DNA of 64,000 bases from Lama glama (taxonomy: Eukaryota), in assembly GCA_028534125.1 (NCBI GenBank), contig CM052818.1, positions 9,736,001-9,800,000 on the forward strand, written 5' to 3'. Under the pieces are notes generated by a model. The model was not told where the DNA came from and searched no databases. It was given only the letters and a program-made list of their open reading frames with translations. Below, piece by piece: positions 24,101 to 35,274 of this stretch (positions are counted from its first letter, which is position 1; each line of letters begins with the position of its first letter). The translations under genes and the position numbers were made by a program.

Positions 24101-27100
24101 ACTTCAGCAGGTAAACCACTTCATGACATGGAAATTGTCATGTTTCTGCCACTCCGTAACTGAGCTAGAGTTGCTAATTGTTTTTCTTTTTCTAATACTG
24201 CAGAAAATTAATAACTCGTCTAACAAAATCCAAGTCCGTGACTTGCAGATTGTCACAAGGTAAGGATAGGCCCACTGGAGATGATTTCAAAAGGGAAGTT
24301 TTGGTTGTAGGTCACATATCTGATAAAGAATCTGTATCCAGAATATATAAAGAACTTCATAATAAGAAGACAACCCAGTGAGAGATGAGAGATGATTAAG
24401 TGCATATTTCTCCAAAGAGGATATGTGAATAACCAACAAATATATGAAAAAATGCTCGGGGGGAGGGTATAGCTCAAGTGGTAGAGCATGTGGTTAGCAT
24501 GCATGAGGTCCTGGGTTCAATCCCCAGTACCTCCTCTAAGAATAAATAAATAAATAAACCTAATTACCTGCCTCCACCAAAAAAAAGAAAAGAAAAAAAA
24601 AGAGAGAAAAAATGCTCAACATCTTCAGTTATTAGGGAAATGCAAATAAAAACCACAGTGAGATCCCACTTCATAAAAAGACAGAAAATAACAAGTGTTG
24701 ACAAGGATATGGAGAAATTGGATCCCTCATACATTGCTGTGAGATTGTAAGTGCTGCCACTTTGGAAAACAGTTTAGCAGTTTCTCAGGAGGTTAAATAT
24801 AGAGTAACCATATGACCCAGCAATTCCATTTCTAGATATATACCCATGAGAAATGACCCATGAGAAATGAAAGTGTACATCCACGCAAAGACTTCTACAT
24901 GAGTGTTCATAGGAGCATTACAATAGCAAAAAAGTAAAAACAACCCAATATCTATGGATAGACAAACAGTGGTCTATCCATAAATAGACTACTGTTCAGT
25001 AACAAAAAGGAATGAAGCACTGAAACATGCTAGAACATGGATGAACCTTAGAAACATTATGAAGTGAAGGAAGCCAGACACCAAATACCACATATTGTAT
25101 GATATCATTTTATATGAAATGCTCAGAGTAGGGAAATCTATAGAGACAGAAAGTCGATTAGTGCTTGCCAAGGGCTAGGGGAAGTGGAGAATGAGAAGTG
25201 ACTGCACATAGGTGTGGAGTTTCTCTTTTGGGGTGATGAAAGTATTCTAAAAGTAGATTGTGGTGATAGCTGCACAACTCTGTAAATGTACTAAAAAAAT
25301 CACTGAATCGTTCAGTTAAAACAGGGGAATTGTATGCAAATTATATTTCAATAAAGCGACTTTTAAAGAAAGGGAAGTTCAGGGCAAGGCTTGTCTGTAT
25401 TTTATATATCCAGATAAACTTTCTTTTATTATTTTTGTTTAGAGAGGCAATAGGACATATGAAAGAAGGTGAAGAAGAAAAGACCAAGACCTATAGTGCC
25501 TTAATATGGACAAATAAAGCAATACAGAGGAAGGACATTGAATTCCTAGATGACATAAAGGTAGTTCAGTGCTGTAATTCTTTTTATTTTTCTACTGCCT
25601 ATAGAGTCTTTTGTTTTCTCATTTGTTACCAACAAGCTCTGGGGACTGTGAGACTTGATGCTAAATCCCAGCTTTGCCATTTACTAGTTAAATGACTGGG
25701 CAATTCATCTGAGCTGTCTGAGACGCAGCGTTGCTAGTGGTGAAGAGCCTGGCTCCCAGAATGGATCGCCTCGGTGTAAATCCTGGATTTCCATTTCTTA
25801 GTTGTGTGACTTTGGACACGTTGCTTAGCCTCTTGGTGCTTCATCTATAAAATTAGTTAGAAGGATTAAATGAGTTTAGTCATATAAAGCACTTAGAATA
25901 GGATCTAACACATAGAAAACACTCAGCAATGCTATTATTATATTTGGCCATCTGTAAAAAGGAACTGTAAGATAGCACTTATCTAATAGAATTGATGCCG
26001 AGATTAAGTGAATAAATAAAACATTTTAAATAAATGGAACAGGATGATGTATGTGGAGCACAAATGTTTGGGCACATGCTAGATTTTCCTTCACATGAGC
26101 ATATCACTGTAGAAGGTCTACATGTTCCTTTGCATATGTCTTCCCACCTGCCCCCACCTCTTCTTGTAAAGATAATTTACTTTCAAATGCAGGGGATGAG
26201 CATAAATGGGCACAAAAACGTGTATAGTTATCACAACACTATTTAAGTGAGCCATATTTTGTAATAATTGAGATGATCTGCTAGAGGGGACTGGTTTAAT
26301 CTTATGGCTTATCTATATGATGGACTATTACTAGCCAGCTGTTAGAAAGTATATGGTAGATGAGTATCTATTGCCAAGGGAAAATGTTCCTGATAAATGC
26401 TAAGGGGGAAGAAACAAGCTATAAGAATATATAGAGGATGATACATTGTGATTTAAACACACATACACACAAGTGTGTGCTTATGTATACACGTATGTAT
26501 GACTATGTAGAAAACAAATGGTATGGCAGAAGATACCATAAGATACCATAACTTTATACTCATGAAAAACACAGACACCCAAGAGAGATACATGGACAAA
26601 GCATATGAACAGATAGCTGAAGAAAGAGCAACTCCAAATGGCCAAGAATCATTTGAAAAGATGTTCCACCTCCAGAGTGAAGTAACAGTAAGACCTCACT
26701 TTATTCCTCTGAGACTAAGAATGCCTGCTGGTTGGAGAGGGGAAGAAGGCGAGCTGTACACATCGTCAGTAGAGAGTGTTTCAGGCTTTTTGGAAAACAA
26801 TGTGGCAATGACTGTAAAAATAAAAAATATGCTGGACTTCTACCCAGCACTTCTACTACTGGCAATCTGTCCTGAGGAAATAAAACTCCAGTGCAGAAGG
26901 ATATGTGCACAAGGACATTTGTTCAGAGTGACAAAATTAGCAACAGCAAAACTGGAAACAGCATGAATTTCCTTCAATAAGGAAATGGTAGAACAAGTTG
27001 GAATATTATTCAGCAGTTTTTTAAAAAGTTGTTTAAAAAAAACACCCCAGCATGTGATCCCATTTATTGTGTGTATATATGCCTTAAACTATTGGAAAGA

Positions 27101-30100
27101 AAGATAGAGGGAAGTCTACATCTGTGACTTGTAGGAACACCCATGACATTACAAGAAAAAAGCAAAGTACAGAATAATGCTTATATTTTTGAGTGTTTTG
27201 GTGAAAACATACAAGTCATTCACCTGCTTGGAGCAGTTCATCTATAAAATGAAAGGTGGACTAGATGACCCCCACTGGGTCCTCCCGTTCCCAGGTTCTG
27301 TGATTCCGTATCTATAGCCCTGTGGCTTTTTGCCCTATTGTCTCGGGTCTTTAGGATGATAGTAATACCACAGACAGATATCTTTGAGATTGCAAAATAA
27401 ATTTCTAAACCTCTATTCCATCACATGTGTATAGCTTATTTAGAATGCTGTGGGGAAAATAAAAACTCATTTTAAAAATAGATTCACAGTTTAGGGGTTG
27501 CCATAGAGCTAATTCAGAAATAATGCTGAAAGAATAGGTAACGTACCAGGTAGTGAAAGGGTCTATTTTAATGCACCACACCTCAGGTGCACCAGTGAGA
27601 CTAGTTGACTTCGAAGTGTTAGGGTTAAAACATTTTTTCAGATATTCCTATTAGCAACAAATATATAAAAACTGAGTTAATGCCCTTTTTCTGAGAAAAA
27701 AAGTCACTTCAAATTTACTACTTTTCTCCTTGTTTTTAGGGAGGAATCCTTCTCCCTTACTACTACGTCTAAGGAAAAAAAAAATCGCTTGTGTGTGCTA
27801 TGTGCTTCTGAAAATTTAGCAGTGTGGGGACAGCAGAGTAAATGACGTGGTTTCCTTTTGTTTGCTAAATAAACAACCAGACCAAAAAAGACACACCAGC
27901 GTGTGCTGATCAGAGCATTACGATGGAAGCAGTGGTGGCTCTACCAGCTCAGTTGTGCCTCCATTGACTGCTCCTGGATCAGAGTCCTGGGACTGACTTG
28001 AGGTGAAGGAGACAGAGAAGGGCACGCCTTAGCTAGTCACTCCTTTAAAGGCCAGCTGGCTCTGTGCTCTGAAGTGCAGCCGAGTCTTTACAGATTCCGT
28101 CATAATTCAGCTTTGTCCTTTTTTTGGTCCTTTTGGCCAGAGTAACGTCAACCCTTATGGAGACAACTTATCTCATCAGAACAAAGTGCTTCTAAAATCA
28201 AAGAATTACAGAATCGTAAAACCCATGAGTTAGGAGGGTGACTCACTGCTCTGATAAAAGCAGTCATGTCATTTCAAGTGTAGTCTTTGTCAGAACTTGC
28301 TCTTCTTTCTTGGTGGAGAACTTGATAGAGGGGAGACCAGATGGAAATCTTTCTTTTCTCAGCATGGCTTCAGGCACTCACTAATCACATAAATTAGGAA
28401 AGAGTTGTTCCAACAAGAAATTGCAGAGGATTCAAAGTTCTTCTGAACCTGCATAACTTGCTGGTTATGCCCAATGTCTATTTTTAAAACTTAGAATTAG
28501 TTGGCTTTTTACAATATTAATCTCTATTTTTAAATTTCTACCTTGTGACATAAAAGGAAATCTCTAATTGTGAGAAAAATAAGCCTGTGTCCCTAAAGAC
28601 CTGATGAAAAAGACATGCATTATTATTCTTAAGTAATTTAACTGGGCTAACAAATATTGAGAGGTCCTGGTTTATTGTACACACTTATAATTTACTGTAT
28701 TGAAACATGACCCTAGACAGTGATGAAACTGTTAATTTTCCAGATATATCCTCTTGTATAACCCAAAAAATAACCTGTGAGTAGGTATACGGTTCTCCCT
28801 AAACACGCACATGGCCCAAGCACACAAGTAATGCTGATGTCCCACCTACAAACAGCCATTTCTCACCTCAGTCTGAAATCCCCACTGGTAGGTCACTCTT
28901 TTGGGTTAGGGAACAAATAGGTAAGAACATTGTCTTCTAGAAGAGCTCTGTTAAAGGGCAGGATAGAACTCCAGGGTCCTAATCAATTTGTTGACTATTA
29001 GAGCAAAGGGGACCTTAGGGATCATTTACCTTTAAGCCTTTTTTGTTTTTTTTTAATGGCTTACTGGGGCCCAGAAAATGAGTAATTGTGGACTGGGTTA
29101 TGGGAAGTCCCATAGAGTTGACTTAAACCTTAGAGGATACAATTTATTTTAGTATTGGTTTCTGTCATGACAGTGATAGATGGGGTCCTTTAAGAAAATG
29201 TCTGTAGTGAGCCATGGATGACAGAGGAAGTGCTAAGACGGGCTTCACTGGGCAGCAAAGCTGACACCATGGTTATCGTATCCTCCTCTAGGACTTAAAG
29301 ATCGACCAGAAAACTCCTTTACGGGTCCTCCACCGTAGGCCCTTGGCTGTGAGAACTCGCATCATTCACTCCATGGAGACACACTATGTGGATGAACATC
29401 ACTTCCGCCTCTACCTGAAGACTCAAGCCGGAACGTATCCTTTCACCTCCGGTAGCACTGATCTAACCAGAACCCTGTTGGGAGGGTTCATGCTGCCCTA
29501 GAAAAGAGGTTGAACTTGATCGATCTAGGAACGGTTAGGGAAAGGTTTGGGTTGGAGGTGTTTTTGGTCTGAGGGGTTCTTACACATTAAACTTATGTTT
29601 TTCAAAGTGACATTTTAAACCATGAGGTAACAGCCAGTTCAATGTGAACTTTAAAATATTGAGTATCTCACATAATGCTGAGTACATAGTAAGTACTCAG
29701 GGAACACTTTGATTGATTCATTGATTCATGTCTTTAACATTTTGCAAGTCACATATTCATAACCACATTTGGGTCCTTTCAGCATTTTGAGCATTTCCCC
29801 CAGATAATTAAAGAGGGATGGTAGATGGAAGTGGCCTTACTTTACGTAGTGATGTCACTGTATTTGGCCACTGGCCCATAACAAGAGAAGAGTCCCAGGT
29901 TGATTGCTTGTTCATAAGCTACCCTGCTTTGTGTGGTTTTGTATCAGATCTGAGTTGCTGGTTAAAATGTATCAGGAAATTGCAATAGTCTTAGCTTTAG
30001 TTTATTTTTCAAAGGTGCTCCTTGCTTGTTTCTCAGTTTTATATTTTTTCGTGATCCAATAGCATGATGTGATAAGATGCCTTCTAACTAGTAAAAACCA

Positions 30101-33035
30101 ATGACATTTATTGGATATGATAAGGGAAAAAAAGTTTTAGTCACCAAATAGCATTCTCACTATATTGCTGTAATTAGCCTGCCTGCCATTCTCCATCAAC
30201 CTTCTCTGCCCTCTTCTTCCCCTGCTCTTACCCCAGAAGTGACTAAGCTGAAACAAGTATAGGTTATTTACTCCTAAAATCTAAATTTTTACAGTTTGGA
30301 TCAAGGCATGATATATTTAGACGAGTGGGCAGACCACTGTATCTTTGTTATTTGGAGCACATTTGCCTATTGTAGATGTAATTTCAAAGGAATCACAGAT
30401 TAGAAAATTTTTTTAATCTAATTTCAGCTTTTATTTTGGTGTGCTAGGAAGAAATGCAATGGTCTTTTGAAGAAGCTAATGTCTTTTCAATCTCATTAAC
30501 ATACTTTTAGAACCAGCCAGGTACATGTACTTAAGCCATTAGCCAAGAAATACTATTTGTTAGAACTTCAGATACTATGTGATTATACACAGAAAAATGT
30601 GAATTTTTCACATATATTGCTCAGTATACTGAACTAGTTCATTTGACTTATACCTTATCCCTCTGGCTATGAATTAAAAAACCACTCTGGACTTTTATTC
30701 TGGGGCTTTTTGGTTATCTCCCCTCATCATTGCTACTCAGAAGTAGCACTCTATAAAGTGAGAGAAAAGGGACAATTGTTAAATAATTAGGAGTTTAGCA
30801 AAGAAGACTAGATAATTATGTGAGTCAAAACATTTGGTCAAAGTAGAGTGAATAAACTATTGGAAAGTAAAGAGAACATAATATTAGCATATTGTGGTGT
30901 TAACTTTTTATTTATCGTCTAAGAACAAACTTTTTTCATTTCATTTTTTCCTTAAACAAACCCCAGCTACATTAAAGAGTTTGTACATGGAGACTTTGGG
31001 AGAACCAAGCCGAACATTGGCTTGCTGATGGATGTGACTGCAGACATTCTTGAGCTGGATGTTGAGGTAAACCATGTTGTTGCGAAACTGCCTGTTTGTA
31101 CACTGAATTGAGCCATGGTTATGCTTTTTAGCATTAAGCCAAGTAGTGCTATTCACTTTAATAGGTATTTTAAAATGGTTGAAATCTCACAGCATTATAC
31201 TGCAGAGAGAGACTAGCATCAGGATGTGTTCCTTTTTTTTTTTTTAAACAAGCTCTCATTATGATCCTTGCAAATATATAGCTACTTTACTTAACTGTGC
31301 TGTAAATATGACATGAAATCTAAGCTCTTAAATCAAGCAAGGAAATGAAGTTGTATGTGCCCTTCATATATCCTTTGGACTCTTTTATAAAAAATTTAAG
31401 GGAGCTTACTTAGAAACACATATTCACGACATGGATAGAAAATGGGATGTGCCAATGATTATAAAAAAAAAAAAAGCAGTTCTATAAGGGTTCTATGTTG
31501 TCCAAATTCTCTACTCTTATAGTCTGAATTGAAATCAGATTAAATTCTTAAATAATGAGAAGAATGGAATGAATGGGTCTTTCAGGCAATTCTCCATAAC
31601 TGTTTTTCTCATTTGAGCATCAATAGGTATTGAGTCACAAATTGTGCTTTTTGGTGAATAACTGATTAGGAATTGAGCCCACCAAAAAAAAAAAGTTTGC
31701 ACTTGGGTATAATATCAGTTATAAATAAAAAGAAATGGGTATATTTGGTATAATTGCCTAGTGTGAAAACAGCCATGGTAATCTAATTGATCACTGAAAC
31801 ATTATTATCTTACCAGCAATTCTCTTGAAGTGCTTTCAGATTAGATTTTATACACCTCCTGTGGTACCTTCAAGGTTGCAGGGAGCCTTCTTAGCTTAAG
31901 AGTGTCAAAGGGCCACAGGCCAAGTTTTCTCAGCCCTGACTGTCCATTGAAATCACCTTTAGAGCTTTTAAAACCCTACAAACATTTCTACCCTCCCCTG
32001 CCCTCAACACATACAAGATTGTGATCAATAATGTTTGGTTTCAGGCTTGAGAAAGCACCCATTAATTTATATATGGGTTGTAAATCTGGGCTTTTCTAAT
32101 AAAAATTTCCAAATCTGGTAGTGATGCATAGATTAATTTAAAAAATCATTTTTAGTAAATTATTTCAGGTTTTAAACTTTAAGTTTCAAAAAACAACATG
32201 GGTACAGTAGTTGTGTGGTTTTTATTTATTTAATTACTTTTAAAATTAACTTCGAAATAGGCCTTCTCGTTAAAGCAAAATGCAGTTTCATACTTTTAAT
32301 GCCAGGAACATGATTATTTATGTAGGGGCGAAACAGTCTGCTGCTATAATTCCATTATGACTCAGAGATCAAGGTTTTGTTCCAAAAGAGCCAAACCAGG
32401 ATGAGTAGAGATAGATAAATTCAATTTTAAAAGAAACAAGAATTTTGCTAGACTTATATGTGACATGTAAAGATCTCTAATCCATTTCTAGTTCCAGGTG
32501 ATCTTTCATAATCATTTATTTCACATTTAGTTGCTAAGCTACAAACAAGACTGTAAGTGTAGAGAGTACCTGAGTATTGTTAAATACAAGATGGGAAAAT
32601 GAAAATGATCAGAAGACTAAAAGTTGCTGAGACTTCTGAGGGAAAGTTGGTGTTGCCTCCTGAATTTATTTGCTACTTTACCCATAGATAGTGTTATCTT
32701 AAAATGTTAAAAAAATTTAAATGTTTTCTAGTCTCTTATTGGTCAAAAGGTACAATTAATAACTGGCTAACTAGCTGAGTAACCAGATACTCAGGAATCT
32801 AGGAACATACTTCAGGCCCAAGAATCCAAGTCCTAGAGTGGATCTTAAGAGTGTTCAATTGTAGTGTTCAATGGCTCTTTTCTCCCAATACAGTTTCTTC
32901 TGTTGCATTATATTAAAACTGTTAAACTTATACAGCATTACCAGCAAATGTTTACTGGAACAGTAATGTTTTAATGACTTGTTTTCTTCCTTCTAGTCTG
33001 TAGATGTTGATTGGCCCCCTGCTCTGGATGACTAG
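9111..33035 (+). CDS. PUS10: PUS10 tRNA pseudouridine synthase 10, 5'-partial multi-exon CDS (14 coding exons in window, 1122 nt = 373 aa + stop)
   Basis: Spliced translation HAAWLLVKQEMG...GREDVDVRTLG...SVDVDWPPALDD* matches the remembered mammalian PUS10 C-terminal region. All junctions are GT-AG with consistent phases. Exons: 9111-9145, 12364-12475, 14558-14619, 14915-14960, 16996-17060, 18434-18519, 19570-19695, 23112-23168, 24034-24110, 24204-24259, 25443-25560, 29292-29434, 30967-31066, 32997-33035. Confidence 0.97.
9572..9870. mobile_element. Tigger-derived (MER46-like) DNA transposon remnant
   Basis: cctttatctgaaacccttggtgccaagtgtgttttgga... resembles Tigger4/MER46 termini from memory. 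Confidence 0.45.
12364..12475 (+). CDS. PUS10: PUS10 coding exon (KQSLSLGRNDIVQLKEAYKWITHPLFSEELGVPIDGK)
   Basis: attcag|A AAG CAG...GGA AAG|gtatca; 112 nt; inside ORF 12353..12598. Confidence 0.95.
14558..14619 (+). CDS. PUS10: PUS10 coding exon (SLFEVSVVFAHPETVEDCHF)
   Basis: ttttag|AGCTTG...TTCCT|gtaagt; 62 nt. Confidence 0.95.
14915..14960 (+). CDS. PUS10: PUS10 coding exon (RATCPDCFKPAKNKQ)
   Basis: acttag|A CGT GCA...AAA CAG|gtaagg; 46 nt. Confidence 0.93.
16996..17060 (+). CDS. PUS10: PUS10 coding exon (SVFTRMAVMKALNKIKEEDFL)
   Basis: atatag|TCAGTA...CTCAA|gtaagt; 65 nt. Confidence 0.95.
18434..18519 (+). CDS. PUS10: PUS10 coding exon (QFPCPPNSPKAVCTVLEIECAHGAVFVA)
   Basis: ttgcag|G CAG TTT...GCT G|gtaaaa; 86 nt. 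Confidence 0.95.
19570..19695 (+). CDS. PUS10: PUS10 coding exon (GRYNKYSRNLPQTPWIIDGQRKLESSVEELISEHLLTVFKAE)
   Basis: tggcag|GG AGA TAT...GAG A|gtaagt; 126 nt; GRYxKxxR..QTPW motif of the Pus10 family. Confidence 0.96.
20444..20550 (-). mobile_element. tRNA-derived SINE (Vic-1-like, shorter and more diverged)
   Basis: ggtactagggattgaactcagg...ctataccc body with (TTTTC)n tail. Confidence 0.85.
21816..21957 (-). mobile_element. tRNA-derived SINE (Vic-1-like)
   Basis: Reverse complement of the same SINE body with poly(T) tail; 13-bp TSD CCTGATCATTCTT at 21803-21815 and 21958-21970. Confidence 0.9.
23112..23168 (+). CDS. PUS10: PUS10 catalytic-motif exon (FNFSSSGREDVDVRTLGN)
   Basis: ccaaag|GC TTT...AAT G|gtaaga; 57 nt; GREDVD motif, with the presumed catalytic Asp codon at 23141-23143 intact. 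Confidence 0.96.
24034..24110 (+). CDS. PUS10: PUS10 coding exon (RPFAIELVNPHRAHFTSQEIKELQQ)
   Basis: tgccag|GA AGG CCC...CAG CAG|gtaaac; 77 nt. Confidence 0.95.
24204..24259 (+). CDS. PUS10: PUS10 coding exon (KINNSSNKIQVRDLQIVT)
   Basis: ctgcag|AAAATT...ACAAG|gtaagg; 56 nt. Confidence 0.95.
24310..25356 (+). mobile_element. Old L1 (L1M-type) ORF2 end and 3'UTR, interrupted by a SINE
   Basis: Typical L1 motifs (agggaaatgcaaataaaaaccacagtgaga; ccatatgacccagcaattcc; catggatgaaccttagaaacattatg) ending in caataaag. Confidence 0.85.
24458..24605 (+). mobile_element. tRNA-derived SINE (camelid Vic-1-like), nested in an older L1
   Basis: GGGGAGGGTATAGCTCAAGTGGTAGAG (A box)...GGTTCAATCCC (B box), (AATA)n and A-rich tail; 12-bp TSD GAAAAAATGCTC at 24446-24457 and 24606-24617. 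Confidence 0.9.
25443..25560 (+). CDS. PUS10: PUS10 coding exon (EAIGHMKEGEEEKTKTYSALIWTNKAIQRKDIEFLDDIK)
   Basis: gtttag|A GAG GCA...ATA AAG|gtagtt; 118 nt. Confidence 0.95.
25640..25990 (+). mobile_element. MIR remnants (probably one nested in another)
   Basis: aatcccagctttgccatttactag...tgtgactttggacacgttgcttagcctc...aggattaaatgag; similar MIR pieces at about 22135-22340, 22770-22940, 49100-49240, 54780-54940 and 63590-63725. Confidence 0.65.
26280..27190 (+). mobile_element. Degenerate old L1 (L1ME-like) fragments
   Basis: L1-like motifs (ttggaaaacaatgtggcaatg...acccagcacttctactactggcaatct); boundaries approximate. Confidence 0.55.
29292..29434 (+). CDS. PUS10: PUS10 coding exon (DLKIDQKTPLRVLHRRPLAVRTRIIHSMETHYVDEHHFRLYLKTQAG)
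   Basis: ctctag|GACTTA...GGAAC|gtatccttt; 143 nt; QKTPLRVLHRR motif. Confidence 0.96.
29435..30966 (+). other. PUS10: U12-type (minor spliceosome) GT-AG intron of PUS10
   Basis: 5' splice site GTATCCTTT (29435-29443); branch-point-like TTCCTTAAAC (30948-30957) 9 nt before the intron end at CAG; no polypyrimidine tract between them. Confidence 0.9.
30967..31066 (+). CDS. PUS10: PUS10 coding exon (YIKEFVHGDFGRTKPNIGLLMDVTADILELDVE)
   Basis: ccccag|C TAC ATT...GTT GAG|gtaaac; 100 nt; GTYIKEFVHGDFGRT motif spans the junction. Confidence 0.96.
32997..33035 (+). CDS. PUS10: PUS10 last coding exon (SVDVDWPPALDD*)
   Basis: ttctag|TCT GTA GAT...GAT GAC TAG. Confidence 0.94.
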   Translation, partial: SVDVDWPPALDD

Positions 33036-35274
33036 CTTTTAAATTTGGAAACAGAATAGGGTTTTCCGGCACGATGTGGACATCCATGTGGCATGCACTG
33101 TGAACTGGCTGTTTACCCACCATAACGGTGTCTTGGAAACCATTTGGATCATGTTGATCTATATATTCTTAAGTTTGTTGTTAACATCTCAGGTTCTGTG
33201 TATGGATATATTTTGTGTTGAATTGTTCTTAGGATGTCTTACGATTTTTCTTGTTCCCCCTCCCCTCACAAGTCAAACTATGAATTATGAAACCATTCTC
33301 TTTCCTAATTCTTTTTTAGAAAGGTATACAAACAGGATACATTCTCTGATAATCTTGAGATGTAATTTCTTTTAGCAAAATTTCCCGCCACAAGCGAGAT
33401 ACCACTTTTAAAATCATGTTTTGAATTTTAAAAATTATCTTCATAAAAGTTATATCTAGATTTATGCAGCACAGTATCCTTATAATATACTAAGATATCA
33501 AATACAAGTCTGACATCATTAATATGTTTCCCAGTAAGCTTCAAGCAAGCTGTTTACCAATAGAAATACTCTTTGGTGTGATCTGTCACAAATCTTAACG
33601 ATTCCAAGTTATTACTATTTTGACTATCTAAAATTGTCAGTACATTTCCTGGGGGAGAGAAAGAGAAACCTTAGGAGTTGAGGCATAACATGGTAAGAGA
33701 CTTTGATAAACCTTTTAAATGAGACATAAGTGCCTTCAATGACTTTAATCCCAGAGATAAGATTTTGAAAAATTGAGATTGCTAAACAAAGGTAAACTGC
33801 TATTATTCCAGAGTGCTTCAATATATCATCAAATTTCAGACATCTTCACCAGGGAGATAGGATATTATCATCTCTACTTTATAAATATGAAAACCAAAGA
33901 ATAGACATTAACTGATTTATTGAAAATTGTCAGTTACTTCCATGGCTAGGACTAGGACTGAAGGTTCCTGGTCTCTAGGGTTCTTTCTTATAAACCTTAT
34001 TATTGAGCACTTGCTGTGTGAAGGAGGCACCCAAGGATGTCATTTTAATGCATATAACCATGAAAATTGAATTTTGGAATTTAGATACCAAATCAAGCTT
34101 ACCAAAAAATAGCCCAAGTAAATTTCATATGCTCTCAAATGACTACCATATTTTAATAAGTTAATCATTAGTTGATACTATGAAGAGAAAAAACATTAAG
34201 CAAAACCTAAAGAAAACAGATGGGTCATTAAGAGAAAAGTTTCAGAAAGGAGTCTTATTAAAATTTCAGATTTAAGTGCAATTTCCATCGCCCTGATTCA
34301 ACTATCAAAGCTTATTTTAGAACACATGTGACTTGGATAGTTTTGGATTTCCCATCTCTACATTAAACATGCTTCATAAATACTAAGATGTATATTACTC
34401 ACCTTAGGAGTCAGGAAAATGGTTTGATACGAAGAAATTTCATATGCAAATAATAGCAAATAATTTTGCACTATTTTCGATGCCAGAAAATGAGAAAGGG
34501 ATAATAGAAATAAATTTTTGATAAAAAGGTAAGAACATTTGTGTGACTGTTTCTCAGTTTCTGGGAAAATTCTGCTGCAAAAGAGATTTAAATAATTTGG
34601 GAAATAGTCTTTTGTGTGTTCCCTTTTGGCTCAGCTTTGAATTTAGTGGATCTGCAAATGGTAGAATTAAGAATCTCCTTAGCAAACTTAAATCAGAAGA
34701 CTTCTGTTGTTCAAATTTCTATTCCTGGGATTATATAAAATTTCAAGCAAAGCTTAAAACATTAGCTATAAATACTTATTCCAAATGTTCACATAATATT
34801 GAGACACAGATTGTTAAAAATTAACAAGGTCTTTAAGGAGAACTGGTAACATTAAGTAATGAGAGTACTATATAGTTTAACTTTTGCCTATATAAATATT
34901 TTAAAATTAGTTTTATGATCTCTTATAGCTTTGTATAAATTAAATGTCTCTTTAAGTAACACTTAGAGAAAGGGCCTTTGTGCTTAGTATCTCTTCCCAA
35001 ATATAATCTGTGCTTTAGTATAGGAAAAATACTGACTACCTGGAAAATTTGTTTTTAAATGGTAAAATGAAAAATTTTCCCAAGTAAGATAACTGGTTAC
35101 ATTTATAAGTTATGTGAAATCAATTTAGAAGTTAAATTTCTATTTCCAAAGAGAAAAACATCTTACTTAGATATTTTCTTTTGGGACTTTATTCTTTGAT
35201 GTAAGCCTTTCTGAGTTGATTTTTTAAAAAATAGTATACCCTTTATTATTACAGAGAAAATAATACTTTTATAA

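Noticed and set aside
24458..24532. tRNA-like sequence with A and B boxes (also at the four other SINE copies)
   Set aside because: A-rich tails, TSDs and multiple diverged copies identify these as SINEs, not tRNA genes.
24842..24869. Short tandem duplications (14 bp here; similar 10-13 bp ones near 14820, 26531 and 51937)
   Set aside because: Ordinary slippage events with no spacer structure; not a CRISPR-like array.
26523..26966. 147-aa ORF on the + strand
   Set aside because: Lies in degenerate L1-like sequence in a PUS10 intron and does not fit the PUS10 reading frame or splice pattern.
29278..29285. GTATCCTC, resembling a U12 donor, just upstream of the exon that precedes the U12 intron
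   Set aside because: It is part of the acceptor pyrimidine tract, deviates from consensus at +8, and has no upstream exon to serve.
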